Assembly (NCBI GenBank): GCA_014382295.1
Contig: JACNJZ010000091.1
Location: 5,529-53,622, forward strand
Direction: 5' to 3'
From: Candidatus Desulfobia pelagia
GTDB lineage: Bacteria > Desulfobacterota > Desulfobulbia > Desulfobulbales > SURF-16
DNA: 48,094 bases
Shown piece after piece: positions 8,882 through 17,752 of this stretch (its first letter is position 1; each line of letters opens with the position of its first letter). Under the pieces are notes generated by a model that did not search any database, was not told where the DNA came from, and worked only from the letters and a program-made list of their open reading frames with translations. The position numbers and the translations under genes were made by a program.

Positions 8882-9325
8882 ATGATGCGCGAAATTAGTC
8901 AAATTCTTGTCCCGATCGATTTTGCTAAGCACACAGATAAATTGGTTGAATTTGCCATTTATTTGGCTGGCAAGCTTTCCGCCAATATCATTTTTTTGAA
9001 TGTATCGGAGACATTTGGACCTTACGCCGGTCTCGCACACTCATCTCTTGATCTGGCTGCGGAGGAAATTTACGCTTATTCCGATAAAAAAATGGTCATT
9101 CTAGTTGAAGACAATAAAGAAAAATGTCCAGGATGTGTTGGAAAGGTTGTCAAGGGTGATGTTGTAGATGAAATTATCACCTTCGCCAAAAAAGAAAATA
9201 CAGATCTTATTATTATTGGCACTCACGGCGCCAAGGGGATTGAAAAAATTATATTAGGCAGTGTGGCAGAAAGAGTTGTCAAAAATGCCCCGTGTCCTAC
9301 TCTTACATTTAATCCTTTCAATTAA
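8882..9325 (+). CDS. universal stress protein (UspA family)
   Basis: 'ILVPIDFAKHTDKLVEFAIYLA' and a C-terminal ATP-binding-type 'IIIGTHGAKGIEKIILGSVAERVVKNAPCPTL'. The ATG at 8882 with GAGG 6 nt upstream is preferred over the GTG at 8876. Confidence 0.85.
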   Translation: MMREISQILVPIDFAKHTDKLVEFAIYLAGKLSANIIFLNVSETFGPYAGLAHSSLDLAAEEIYAYSDKKMVILVEDNKEKCPGCVGKVVKGDVVDEIITFAKKENTDLIIIGTHGAKGIEKIILGSVAERVVKNAPCPTLTFNPFN

Positions 9326-9348
9326 GAGTTTCCTTTGTGTTGGAAGGA

Positions 9349-9373
9349 AAATTGCTGTGAGCAATTTATTTTC
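9349..9373 (+). terminator. weak AT-rich hairpin plus T-tract after the usp gene
   Basis: AAATTGCT-GTG-AGCAATT T is followed by ATTTTCT. The 8-bp stem is AT-rich. Confidence 0.3.
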
Positions 9374-9605
9374 TGGTAGTCAGTTAAAGTAAAAAAGAAC
9401 AGAAAAACTCTTTGTTCCCAAATAATACGGTCAAACTCAGGCCACATCCTCTTTACAGTTACTTGCGAAGGACCCAAGTGGCCTGCGGCCTTATTTCCAT
9501 TGGTCCTTTTGGCTGTATGCCAAGCCGGGTGGCCGAATTCATCCTTAATGAAAAAAGATGAACCACCACTCGGCATTATGCCGGTTGAAAAAACACCTTG
9601 ATCAT

Positions 9606-10133
9606 ATGAAAGCAACGGAGATGAAAGCGCTTATTGTTAGTGCCGACATGTTTGAGGACTCGGAACTTCTTTTTCCCTATTACCGACTTCTTGAAGAGAA
9701 AATAGAGACCGATATCGCCTCCATAAAAACTGGAACCATCATCGGCAAACACGGCTACAAGGTTATTGCCGCATTATCCCTGAAGCAGATAAATCCCTCT
9801 TCGTATGACCTTGTGATCCTGCCTGGAGGAAAAGCGCCATCGGTGCTCAGAAGAAATGAAAAACTGCTTGCCCTTATCCGGGATTTCTTCGAGAAAGGCA
9901 AAGCTGTTGCAGCCATCTGTCACGGCCCTCAGATCCTTGTCTCAGCTGGAGTACTCTCAGGAAGGAAGGCCACATGTTACAGAAATGTGGCGAAAGAATT
10001 GAAGGACGCGGGATGTCATTATAGTGATCAAAAAGTGGTGGTTGATGGAAACCTGATCACATCCCGTATACCGGCAGATCTTCCCGAATTCATGAGGGAA
10101 ATCATGAAAAAAGTGAAAAAGGAACCTGACTGA
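9606..10133 (+). CDS. DJ-1/PfpI family protein (type 1 glutamine amidotransferase-like)
   Basis: 'MKALIVSADMFEDSELLFPYYRL', the nucleophile elbow 'AAICHGPQILVSAGVL' and 'VVVDGNLITSR'. The start is ambiguous between 9558, 9606 and 9621. Confidence 0.85.
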   Translation: MKATEMKALIVSADMFEDSELLFPYYRLLEEKIETDIASIKTGTIIGKHGYKVIAALSLKQINPSSYDLVILPGGKAPSVLRRNEKLLALIRDFFEKGKAVAAICHGPQILVSAGVLSGRKATCYRNVAKELKDAGCHYSDQKVVVDGNLITSRIPADLPEFMREIMKKVKKEPD

Positions 10134-10191
10134 CCTCCATTAACCAGAATTTTATCGAGCCCAAAACCTGTATCCCGAGAAAGGTGGCATC

Positions 10192-10467
10192 TTGGCTAAA
10201 ATCATCCAGCTTGACCTTACGAGAAAAAAGCCTAAAAAGCTACACCCTGAACAGTCGATCGGCTGTGAGCACAATCATGTGATAGCCTATACTGTTCACC
10301 GTACGGTGTGCTGTGCTGCCTGCGAGACTCTGCTCGATCCCTTTGATGTACTGGTCGATATGCTGAAGAGCTATGTGCCGCCATGTGGTGACGATCTGAA
10401 CGAAAAACGGTTGGACAAAGAGGTGGAAAGACGGAGGAGAGAAAGGCGAAAGGACCCTCAGGGGTAA
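10192..10467 (+). CDS. small hypothetical protein with four Cys (zinc-ribbon-like) and a basic tail
   Basis: 91-aa ORF with a TTG start preceded by AAGGTGG 5 nt upstream. It contains 'CEHNH...CCAAC' and a C-terminal 'RRRRERRK'. I recognise no family. Confidence 0.4.
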   Translation: MAKIIQLDLTRKKPKKLHPEQSIGCEHNHVIAYTVHRTVCCAACETLLDPFDVLVDMLKSYVPPCGDDLNEKRLDKEVERRRRERRKDPQG

Positions 10468-10557
10468 ATCTTCCTGAAGGATGGATACTCATGTCTCTGC
10501 CGAAACAAAAAGGAAGTGGCAATTTCAATATTGAAAAAATAAATCCTCTGGTAATGC

Positions 10558-13068
10558 TCAGTGTGAATCGACGTCGATGTTGTTTGCCTCGGGGCCCAAC
10601 GGTTTCAGCGTAATTAATAATTTCGGCAACAGAGTAAGGTCACCCAGCAGGGCCACCAGCATGGCAAATCCTGTGAATAAACCAAAATAAATTGTGGGTA
10701 TGAAATGAGATAGAACCAGGATGGAAAATCCGATGGTGATTGTTATCGTGGTATAATACAAAGCCCTGCCAATGCTGCAATGACAACGGTAAAGCGTGGC
10801 CATATAGTTACGGTCCTTAACGAACTCCTTCTGAAAACGGTGGATATAATGAATGGTATCATCTACGGAAATACCTATCGTGATCGAGGCTATTGTAATC
10901 GTCATCATATCAAGGGGGATATTAAACCACCCCATTGTACCCAGCACGACGGCCACGGGCAACACATTGGGGATGATAGCAATTGCAGCCAGATACAATG
11001 ATCGGAAAAGGACCATAAACATCACCATAATCCCCAGAAAAACCATGCCGATGGTGAGGATCTGTGAATGGAATAAGCTTTGCAGCATATTATTGTAGAG
11101 CACAAACATATTTGTGAAGTGAATCTGCTCACCGGTAAAATCGGTTTCTGTTTCCAAGAAATGGCGAATCTTATCAATGAGGGCCTGTCTTTCCAGCATC
11201 TTTCCAGATTCAACAATACGCATGGAGAACCGGGCCTGGGGAATATCCTCAGACACGTAAGGATGTATCAATAAGTCCTGGATGTCGGAAGGGACTTTTT
11301 TATACAGTAAAGCAAGCTCATAATTTTCAAGGGGAATATTGCTGTTAAGCCTGGTGGTTACTTTCCCCAGTGCCGCAAGGGACAGAATCTCGCCGGTTTC
11401 CGGCAGGCCGTCTAAATAATCATGAATTTTTTCGATCTGCTCCATTACAGAGACATCAGCCGCCCAGTGAGATTCTTCCTCAATGTCGCCAAAATCTTCA
11501 TCTGCAAAGAGCGTATCATCAGCATCAAAGTCGTCCAGCGTCTCCTCTGCCAATGTAAAATCAATAACGAGATCCAGAGGAGTGGTGCCGCCAAGTTTCT
11601 GATCAATCAGACTCATTCCCTGAAAAATCTCGGTCTTTTCCCGAAAATAGTCAATAAACCTGTTTTCCACTTTAAGCCTGGATATCCCTACCCCGCTGAT
11701 TACTACCAAGAGAAGAGATCCTATCAATATTTTACTGCCATGGGCCTCGGTCAGGCGGGCAAAAACAAGGGTAAACGGATGGGAGAAATCTTCGCCAGCT
11801 TTGGAGCTATCTTTCTTGAACAGAACAACAATTGATGGAAACAACAGAAACGCCAGGGAAAAAGAAACAAGAAGACCGATAGTCATCATCTTGCCGAAAT
11901 CCATTACCGGACGAATATCGCTGACCAGAAGGGAGGTGAAAGCAACACTGGTTGTAAGGGCGGTATACAGACAGGGCAGGTGCATTGTTCGCACAGTTTC
12001 AAGAACTAGAGTCCGCTGGGGGGCATCTGGCGACTGGGCATGAACTTCCAGGTAGCGCTCAATCAGATGGATCGTAAGAGCCATTGTCAGGATAAGCATC
12101 AGGGAAATAAAATTTGACGATATAACGGTAACCCGCCAGTCCATCATGCCGAGTAAACCCATCATCGTCAGCACGGCTGCCGAACAGATGAACATGGACA
12201 GTATCACCCAGCGCAATCTTCGAAAAATAACCGCCAAGGTAATGATGAGGAAGAGAAGCACTCCAACCCCGAAAATGACAAGATCACTTTTGATAAATGA
12301 GATCATGTCTGCCGCAATCATCGGGACCCCTCCCAGGTAGAGCTGCGCCTGGCCCCGGTGCCGGTCCATAATTGCCCTCACATCCCCGACAAGTCGATCC
12401 TCCTCATGCTGGAGAAAAGTGAGATGCTGCCGGTACCTTTCTGAAACATCATCCAGTTCACGTTCTTCTTGCGGGGAAAGAGTATTGTTGTATCTTTTGT
12501 CCCGAAGATCATAGCGCCGCTTCAACAGGGACCTGTAGGTCGTATCGACAGGAAGAGTCAATAGGATAGCAGTTGTCTTCCCGTCATCACTGATTAATCT
12601 CCCCTTGTAAAGAGGGTTTTCATGGAGTTCGCGGAGAACCGTCTCTTTGTCGACATTGGATGCCTCCAGTGTCTTGATGTTTTCCTTATCTGCCACCTCG
12701 CTGAGAGAGATGTTTGTGCTGAAGACCAATGGAACATCAAGAATGGTGGTTACTGACTCTACATCCTTCAATTGCCTCAACTCATCACGCAGCGCTTTTA
12801 ATTCATCAAGCGAAGAAGGGGAAAAAAGATCCCCTTCCACCGAATAGGTCACGACAAGAACACCACTTGTCCCATAGCGTTCAGTGATATTCCGATGAAA
12901 ATGAAGATCAGCATCATTTTCCAATACAAGGGAGTCCCCTGAGGCATCCAGCTTAAATTCTGGGATGTGACAAATAAAAAAACCGACTACGGCCAGGGTA
13001 ACCAGGAGTGTAACCACAGGCCGCTCAAGGATGAATTTGTCGTATATTCGTAATAAGGTCGACCCCAT
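10558..13068 (-). CDS. MMPL/RND-superfamily exporter (HpnN-like topology)
   Basis: 836-aa ORF with two 6-TM bundles, each preceded by a large soluble loop. Sterol-sensing-type/MMPL segments are seen, for example 'GVPMIAADMISFIKSDLV' and 'ISVDDTIHYIHRF'. Confidence 0.85.
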   Translation of the reverse strand: MGSTLLRIYDKFILERPVVTLLVTLAVVGFFICHIPEFKLDASGDSLVLENDADLHFHRNITERYGTSGVLVVTYSVEGDLFSPSSLDELKALRDELRQLKDVESVTTILDVPLVFSTNISLSEVADKENIKTLEASNVDKETVLRELHENPLYKGRLISDDGKTTAILLTLPVDTTYRSLLKRRYDLRDKRYNNTLSPQEERELDDVSERYRQHLTFLQHEEDRLVGDVRAIMDRHRGQAQLYLGGVPMIAADMISFIKSDLVIFGVGVLLFLIITLAVIFRRLRWVILSMFICSAAVLTMMGLLGMMDWRVTVISSNFISLMLILTMALTIHLIERYLEVHAQSPDAPQRTLVLETVRTMHLPCLYTALTTSVAFTSLLVSDIRPVMDFGKMMTIGLLVSFSLAFLLFPSIVVLFKKDSSKAGEDFSHPFTLVFARLTEAHGSKILIGSLLLVVISGVGISRLKVENRFIDYFREKTEIFQGMSLIDQKLGGTTPLDLVIDFTLAEETLDDFDADDTLFADEDFGDIEEESHWAADVSVMEQIEKIHDYLDGLPETGEILSLAALGKVTTRLNSNIPLENYELALLYKKVPSDIQDLLIHPYVSEDIPQARFSMRIVESGKMLERQALIDKIRHFLETETDFTGEQIHFTNMFVLYNNMLQSLFHSQILTIGMVFLGIMVMFMVLFRSLYLAAIAIIPNVLPVAVVLGTMGWFNIPLDMMTITIASITIGISVDDTIHYIHRFQKEFVKDRNYMATLYRCHCSIGRALYYTTITITIGFSILVLSHFIPTIYFGLFTGFAMLVALLGDLTLLPKLLITLKPLGPEANNIDVDSH

Positions 13069-13168
13069 ACGCTGTTACTATCCTCTGGTGTATTGTTCTC
13101 TGCTGTTGCTGATACCCGATATATTATGGTAGGCTTTCAATCTACTACAGTCGATTGATAAAAGGAAG

Positions 13169-13867
13169 ATGACAGCAAAACTCAACGAGGAGAAAAAGTA
13201 CCTCATGCACGACAACTATATCCGCCGAGTAAAAAAATCCTCAGCGACAAGGCTTCGTTGGCCTCTATTTACTCTTATTTCTTCACTTCTGTTTCTGTTC
13301 TTCCTGCAGGAAACGGTAATGGCTTCAGATGAAGATGCCATGCAGCCAATTGAAGCGTCCGTTGAGGAAATTCTCTTTGTTCTGAATTCCAACAAGGAAA
13401 CTGAGTGGAACAAGACGAGACAGAAAATCTCTATAATCATTCAGAAACGTTTTGATTTTCAGGAACAATCCAGGCTCGTATTGGCCAGTCACTGGGAAGA
13501 AATAACCACGGAGGAAAAGACACAATTTATCTCTCTTTTCAGCACATTGCAGGAACACGTATACCTTAACAGGCTCAGGGATTATTCAGACGAAAAAGTT
13601 CATTTCACCAAACAAATCATTAAAGAAGACAAGGCGGTGGTCTTCAGCGCCATTGTCAAAGATACCGAAGAAATACCTATCGTGTATCGAATGAAAAAAA
13701 AACAGAACCAATGGTTTGTTTACGATGTGATTATTGACGGTGTAAGCCTTGTCAAAAACTATCGAAAACAGTTTTCCTCAATCCTTGAAAAAGAAAAATT
13801 CCCAGGACTCATCGAAAAGATGGAAGAAAAAATTGAGCAGATTACAGCGGCGGAAGAAAAAACATAA
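13169..13867 (+). CDS. MlaC/Ttg2D-family lipid-binding periplasmic protein
   Basis: 232 aa with an N-terminal hydrophobic signal/anchor. 'IIQKRFDFQEQSRLVLASHWEEITTEEKTQFISLFSTLQEHVY...WFVYDVIIDGVSLVKNYRKQF' matches the toluene-tolerance Ttg2D/MlaC pattern. It is divergent from the RND gene. Confidence 0.7.
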   Translation: MTAKLNEEKKYLMHDNYIRRVKKSSATRLRWPLFTLISSLLFLFFLQETVMASDEDAMQPIEASVEEILFVLNSNKETEWNKTRQKISIIIQKRFDFQEQSRLVLASHWEEITTEEKTQFISLFSTLQEHVYLNRLRDYSDEKVHFTKQIIKEDKAVVFSAIVKDTEEIPIVYRMKKKQNQWFVYDVIIDGVSLVKNYRKQFSSILEKEKFPGLIEKMEEKIEQITAAEEKT

Positions 13868-14111
13868 CGACGGGAAGAATATCCTGCTGTAATAATAAAA
13901 TAGCGACTGACCCTCGTTAATATTTCAAGAAGAAGCTCAATACTTAGTTTGTCTAAAGTGGTTGACCTCACCAATGGATTCAGATTGGAGCTATTCATCA
14001 TTTTTATGATATAAATGTCAATCCGCTTTGAAAATTAACCCTTGTCACGTTTTTTTGACCATTTTCCCTCTTATCTAGAGGATATCGTTATAGAATTGTA
14101 TAGTTCATATT

Positions 14112-14474
14112 ATGAGAAAAGAGCGTAGAAAACATCTTCGTCTTTCCCTGAATTTCAAGGTGAAATTAGAGATACCTCGTCGTAAATTTGTACTGGGAGG
14201 TCATACCCTGAATTTAAGTTTTGCCGGAGCTTTTATTGAGCTTGACCATATACCGCTAGTACTACCTAATGAATATTTTCGTCTTACCCTGTTGGGACAG
14301 GTTGAATTTACCTGCCGGGTCATTCATTCTAATGCTGACGGAATTGGCTGCCAATTTGATTTTATTCAAATCAGGTACTACGAATTATTCAAAAAAATGC
14401 TGTTGCGCAACGCTCCTGATCCTGAGCGAATAGTAAAGGAGATTGGACGCTGGGCGGAAACAAAGGGGCCGTGA
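14112..14474 (+). CDS. PilZ domain protein
   Basis: 120 aa with the c-di-GMP-binding-type motifs 'RRKHLR' (RxxxR) and 'LNLSFAGAFI' (D/NxSxxG). Confidence 0.7.
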   Translation: MRKERRKHLRLSLNFKVKLEIPRRKFVLGGHTLNLSFAGAFIELDHIPLVLPNEYFRLTLLGQVEFTCRVIHSNADGIGCQFDFIQIRYYELFKKMLLRNAPDPERIVKEIGRWAETKGP

Positions 14475-14875
14475 TTAAGTGATAGAGAAAGGGGTAAAGG
14501 CATGACAAATGGCTTTTGTCCGCCCATCTCACTTCAACGTTAATATTGTCACATCCAAAATCTGATTAAATCAAACCTACTTCAGGTTTATCCTACTTAT
14601 TCTCCTCCGATTTTTGCTTCACAATTTAGGGGTAGCTCGATCGGTGAAATATCAGGAAGTATGGTTAAGCCTAACGGAATTATCGACTCATAACCCTGCC
14701 AGGCCACATCTATAGTCCATCGCAGAAAACATTCGACGAATGAATATAAATCACCTTCTCATTTCGAGAAGGAATAGGGAAATATGAAAAAGTGGCTTAA
14801 CAACCGGTCGATTATTTCGGGGCAAGATCAAGTTGGTAATGTTTGTTTAAATGGTGAGTGGGTTGGTAGTTGTCG

Positions 14876-15175
14876 TTATGCTTGTAACCTTGAGGAGAGA
14901 TTTTGGCGTAAAAACGGGGGGTATTTTTTTTGTTCTCTACAAAACTGATGAAGATAGTAATGGACGGGACACAGGCAAACATAATTACCCTCAAAGTTCA
15001 AGTAATTGGGACAGAGTGCTGCTCCCGAAGAATGACTTTCCAAAATCAGAATGTCCTTACCGTGGACATGGTCAACCTCACATGCACAAAAACATTTACC
15101 TGTTTCCAGACACGAAAAGTTATGGGGACACTTGTTAGCCCTTTCGATTACTTCATCAGGAACAATATGTTTCAT
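14876..15175 (-). CDS. small Cys-rich hypothetical protein
   Basis: The ATG at 15175 has GAGG 8 nt upstream. It encodes 99 aa with 9 Cys ('CPHNFSCLETGKCFCACEV...LCPNYL...YVCLCPV'). No family is recognised. Confidence 0.45.
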   Translation of the reverse strand: MKHIVPDEVIERANKCPHNFSCLETGKCFCACEVDHVHGKDILILESHSSGAALCPNYLNFEGNYVCLCPVHYYLHQFCREQKKYPPFLRQNLSSRLQA

Positions 15176-15579
15176 AGAGTAACCTCTATTTACGAATATT
15201 CTCATCCTGTTATCTCAACAATATCGACTTTTAATAAAATAAGCATACATTTACCCCTCATCAAGTACCACAGTTAGATATTCGCAGTAACCTAATAAGA
15301 ATCAGGAAGTATAAAGCTAGCAGTGCATACCTTATTTTAGTCTTGCCAGTTCATCTCTTAATGAAGTAGCAAAAAGGAAGTATTAACAGCGTGGAACAGG
15401 TGAGACACTTCTGTCTTGCAATATGTAGCGGCATACGCACATGCCACACTACTGCCTGATACACTAAACCAATTACTCACGCTATTAGCAAATTAAAACA
15501 CACCAGTAACTGGCTGATAATAAAAGGTAAAACAAAAAATATGTAGTTTGTGTAGTTAATGGATGTTGATACCGTTCAT

Positions 15580-15595
15580 TGGCATTATTCGTGCT
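15580..15595 (+). promoter_or_regulatory. sigma54-type -24/-12 promoter-like element
   Basis: TGGCATTATTCGTGCT has GG and GC separated by exactly 10 nt, as in the consensus TGGCAC-N5-TTGC. It lies in a non-coding AT-rich stretch about 65 nt upstream of the 15657 terminator. Confidence 0.35.
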
Positions 15596-15656
15596 GTTTA
15601 ATTTTGCTAAGCGTTACTCAAATAATAAATGCCAAAAACGAGTATGCTTCTTCCAG

Positions 15657-15691
15657 AAAACCCAAGGCCGTGGCCTTGGGTTTTCACTTTT
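15657..15691. terminator. bidirectional rho-independent terminator
   Basis: AAAA-CCCAAGGCC-GT-GGCCTTGGG-TTTTCACTTTT has a GC-rich 9-bp perfect stem. An A-tract lies 5' and a T-tract 3'. Confidence 0.7.
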
Positions 15692-15968
15692 CTACTCAAT
15701 ACTTCAACTACGCAAACTCCGGGGAGTGCCAAAAGGATAGATATATCCACTACGGTCTGAACCATGGATCGAAACTCAAGGGTGCCCTCAAGTTTGATAT
15801 GAGGAAAGCCGATTTTTTTCTTTACCCCAGTTCAGTGGGAACAGGTAATTGAGAGTCCCCCCAAATTATATTGATAACGATAAAATAGGTGCTAGCGCAT
15901 CGTCTGGTAGGAAATAGAAAAATTAAGCATTTAGCTTGAAAAAATGTAAATAAAAACAGAGAAATGTC

Positions 15969-16562
15969 ATGGATGGTGCCCGAAAATTTTTTATAAGAAT
16001 ATGTGCGGTGCTTTTTTATCTTGCTGCCTTTATCGGTATTCAAGTCGGCCTACATCATTACTTTGCAACGCCCTCGTCCCCCCAAAACCATATTTTTTAT
16101 AATGACGAAATAATTCCTGTCTATTTCCCGGTTCTTCTCAAAACAAATGACAACAGCGGCAGCAACGATGGGTTGTTGGTGCGAAGTTTATCCATGACTG
16201 ATTATGGTGCCTCGGGATCAAATCAATTACAGGAAGAATGGAATATATACCAGGACAATGGAGAGGGCAGACTGGCCAATTCCAGCCTTGTTACGTTTGC
16301 CGTGGAATCACTGTCCTCGGCCCGCAGGAAAATCACCCTCTCCCTGGGTGAAGAAAACAAAAGAAGATTCTCGATTTACATCTATGAAGTCGAAAACAAT
16401 CGTATATACCCTCGCGAATACATCTTGCAAAGCTATATGGGCGACAATTTCAGCCCAATACCTTTTACCATGGGCCTGACCTTTCTCATTGTGTTGCTTG
16501 GGGAAAAATTTGTGGTGAAAAGATTGAAAACTGCCCGCTCAACCTCAACAGGGTTGGAATAA
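15969..16562 (+). CDS. hypothetical membrane-anchored protein (TM helices at the N- and C-termini)
   Basis: 197-aa ORF with hydrophobic segments 'ICAVLFYLAAFIGIQVGL' and 'FTMGLTFLIVLLG'. No family is recognised. It sits in an AT-rich context. Confidence 0.5.
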   Translation: MDGARKFFIRICAVLFYLAAFIGIQVGLHHYFATPSSPQNHIFYNDEIIPVYFPVLLKTNDNSGSNDGLLVRSLSMTDYGASGSNQLQEEWNIYQDNGEGRLANSSLVTFAVESLSSARRKITLSLGEENKRRFSIYIYEVENNRIYPREYILQSYMGDNFSPIPFTMGLTFLIVLLGEKFVVKRLKTARSTSTGLE

Positions 16563-16619
16563 TACAACTAGTTGATTTTATGTGTAAAATAAAAGACTAC
16601 AACAAGTAGACCACTTTAC

Positions 16620-16643
16620 GCCTTAAAATCTCCATTTTAAGGC
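16620..16643. other. perfect 10-bp hairpin after the 197-aa ORF
   Basis: GCCTTAAAAT-CTCC-ATTTTAAGGC. No clear U-tract follows, so a terminator role is uncertain. Confidence 0.3.
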
Positions 16644-16843
16644 TCAAAAAGAACTTTTAAGAAAAATTGGACAAATAATACAACTTAGATTCAAGTAATA
16701 AGTGCAACTGATTATAAAGAACTGTCCTAAAAAATGATCGCCCTTTCTGATCTCCAAGATGGCAAATCTCTCTTCTTTTTTATTTCCCTGTATACGCACT
16801 TCATAGCATTATAGAAATTGAGTGTTATAAAGAATAACAACAA

Positions 16844-17065
16844 TCAGGGCTTAGGCTTAAACGAGGATGTGTGGGTTCTATACGGTGAAGGCGTTTTTTC
16901 TCCGTTGAGTATATTCCGTAATATTTTCAATTCGGACTGAGCTTCGCGCAATTCACTCCTGATGGCCTCTTTGTCATTAATCGAAGCCTCTTCGATTTGA
17001 ACCTCAAGACGATCTACGTTCTGCTGAGCCTTATACAATTCAAGGGCTAACGCCTTAATTGACAT
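16844..17065 (-). CDS. small coiled-coil hypothetical protein
   Basis: 73 aa with a heptad-like charged sequence 'LELYKAQQNVDRLEVQIEEASINDKEAIRSELREAQSELKILRNIL'. It lies 22 nt downstream of ychJ on the same strand. Confidence 0.5.
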   Translation of the reverse strand: MSIKALALELYKAQQNVDRLEVQIEEASINDKEAIRSELREAQSELKILRNILNGEKTPSPYRTHTSSFKPKP

Positions 17066-17087
17066 ATACTATTGTTCCTCTGCGTAA

Positions 17088-17573
17088 TTATTGCCCGAGA
17101 CAGCATTTCTTATATTTCTTTCCGCTTCCACAGGGACATGGATCGTTGCGCCCTTTCTTCTCGGAACGAACAGGCTGACTTGAAAGTGTTTTTCCATCTA
17201 CATAGTACCACTGGCCATCTTCTCGGACAAAGCTGCTCTTTTCGTGCAGCCTGTTGGTTATTGATGATGTTTGGTAATGGGCAACAAACTCGACAGTGCC
17301 ACTCTGTTCTTCTGTGCCACCTGCCTCAGTATCCAGTATTTCAAGGCCTGTCCAACTGAAATTATCAGGCATATCAAGACTCTCTTCAGTAGGCCGGCTG
17401 GATGTATGCCAGGTGCGGAGAAGATAGTTATGATCTTTCTTTACATACGCCGAATAACGCGAACGCATCAAAGTTTCAGCAGTAGGAGAAACAGCCTTAC
17501 CGTTAAGATAGAGACCACAGCATTCTTCAAATGTCTTTTGCGGGTCACAGGGACATGGATCTATAGATTTCAT
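17088..17573 (-). CDS. ychJ: YchJ-family (UPF0225) protein with SEC-C motifs at both termini
   Basis: An N-terminal '[16 protein letters not shown]' and a C-terminal '[16 protein letters not shown]' flank an NTF2-like core. The track ORF extends to 17750, but the family architecture begins at the Met at 17573 ('MKSIDPCPC'). Confidence 0.8.
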   Translation of the reverse strand: MKSIDPCPCDPQKTFEECCGLYLNGKAVSPTAETLMRSRYSAYVKKDHNYLLRTWHTSSRPTEESLDMPDNFSWTGLEILDTEAGGTEEQSGTVEFVAHYQTSSITNRLHEKSSFVREDGQWYYVDGKTLSSQPVRSEKKGRNDPCPCGSGKKYKKCCLGQ

Positions 17574-17752
17574 ATTGTGAAAAATTAAGGTTAAAAGGTT
17601 GCCTAAATTCAAAATCGAACTCACACACTGTAATCTTTCCCGGATGGTCTGAAAAGAGATTTTCGTGTTCTCCACATACACCCTCCTCCCAGAATGCCAA
17701 AGGTTACCTGACAAAGATTTTCGAACCTGCCAGATGGCACATTCTTTCATTA

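Noticed and set aside
9322-9615. 97-aa minus-strand ORF between the usp and PfpI genes, possibly a transposase remnant
   Set aside because: No recognisable motif is present. It overlaps the PfpI start region and there are no terminal repeats nearby.
15559-15852. 97-aa plus-strand ORF
   Set aside because: It reads straight through a strong bidirectional terminator (15657-15691). It has no SD and no motif.
15822-16043. 73-aa minus-strand ORF
   Set aside because: It overlaps the start of the better-supported 197-aa plus-strand ORF. It is Phe/Ile-rich, as expected from AT-rich DNA read out of frame.
17574-17750. 59-codon N-terminal extension of ychJ
   Set aside because: The YchJ architecture starts with the SEC-C motif at the Met at 17573. 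The extension has no family support.
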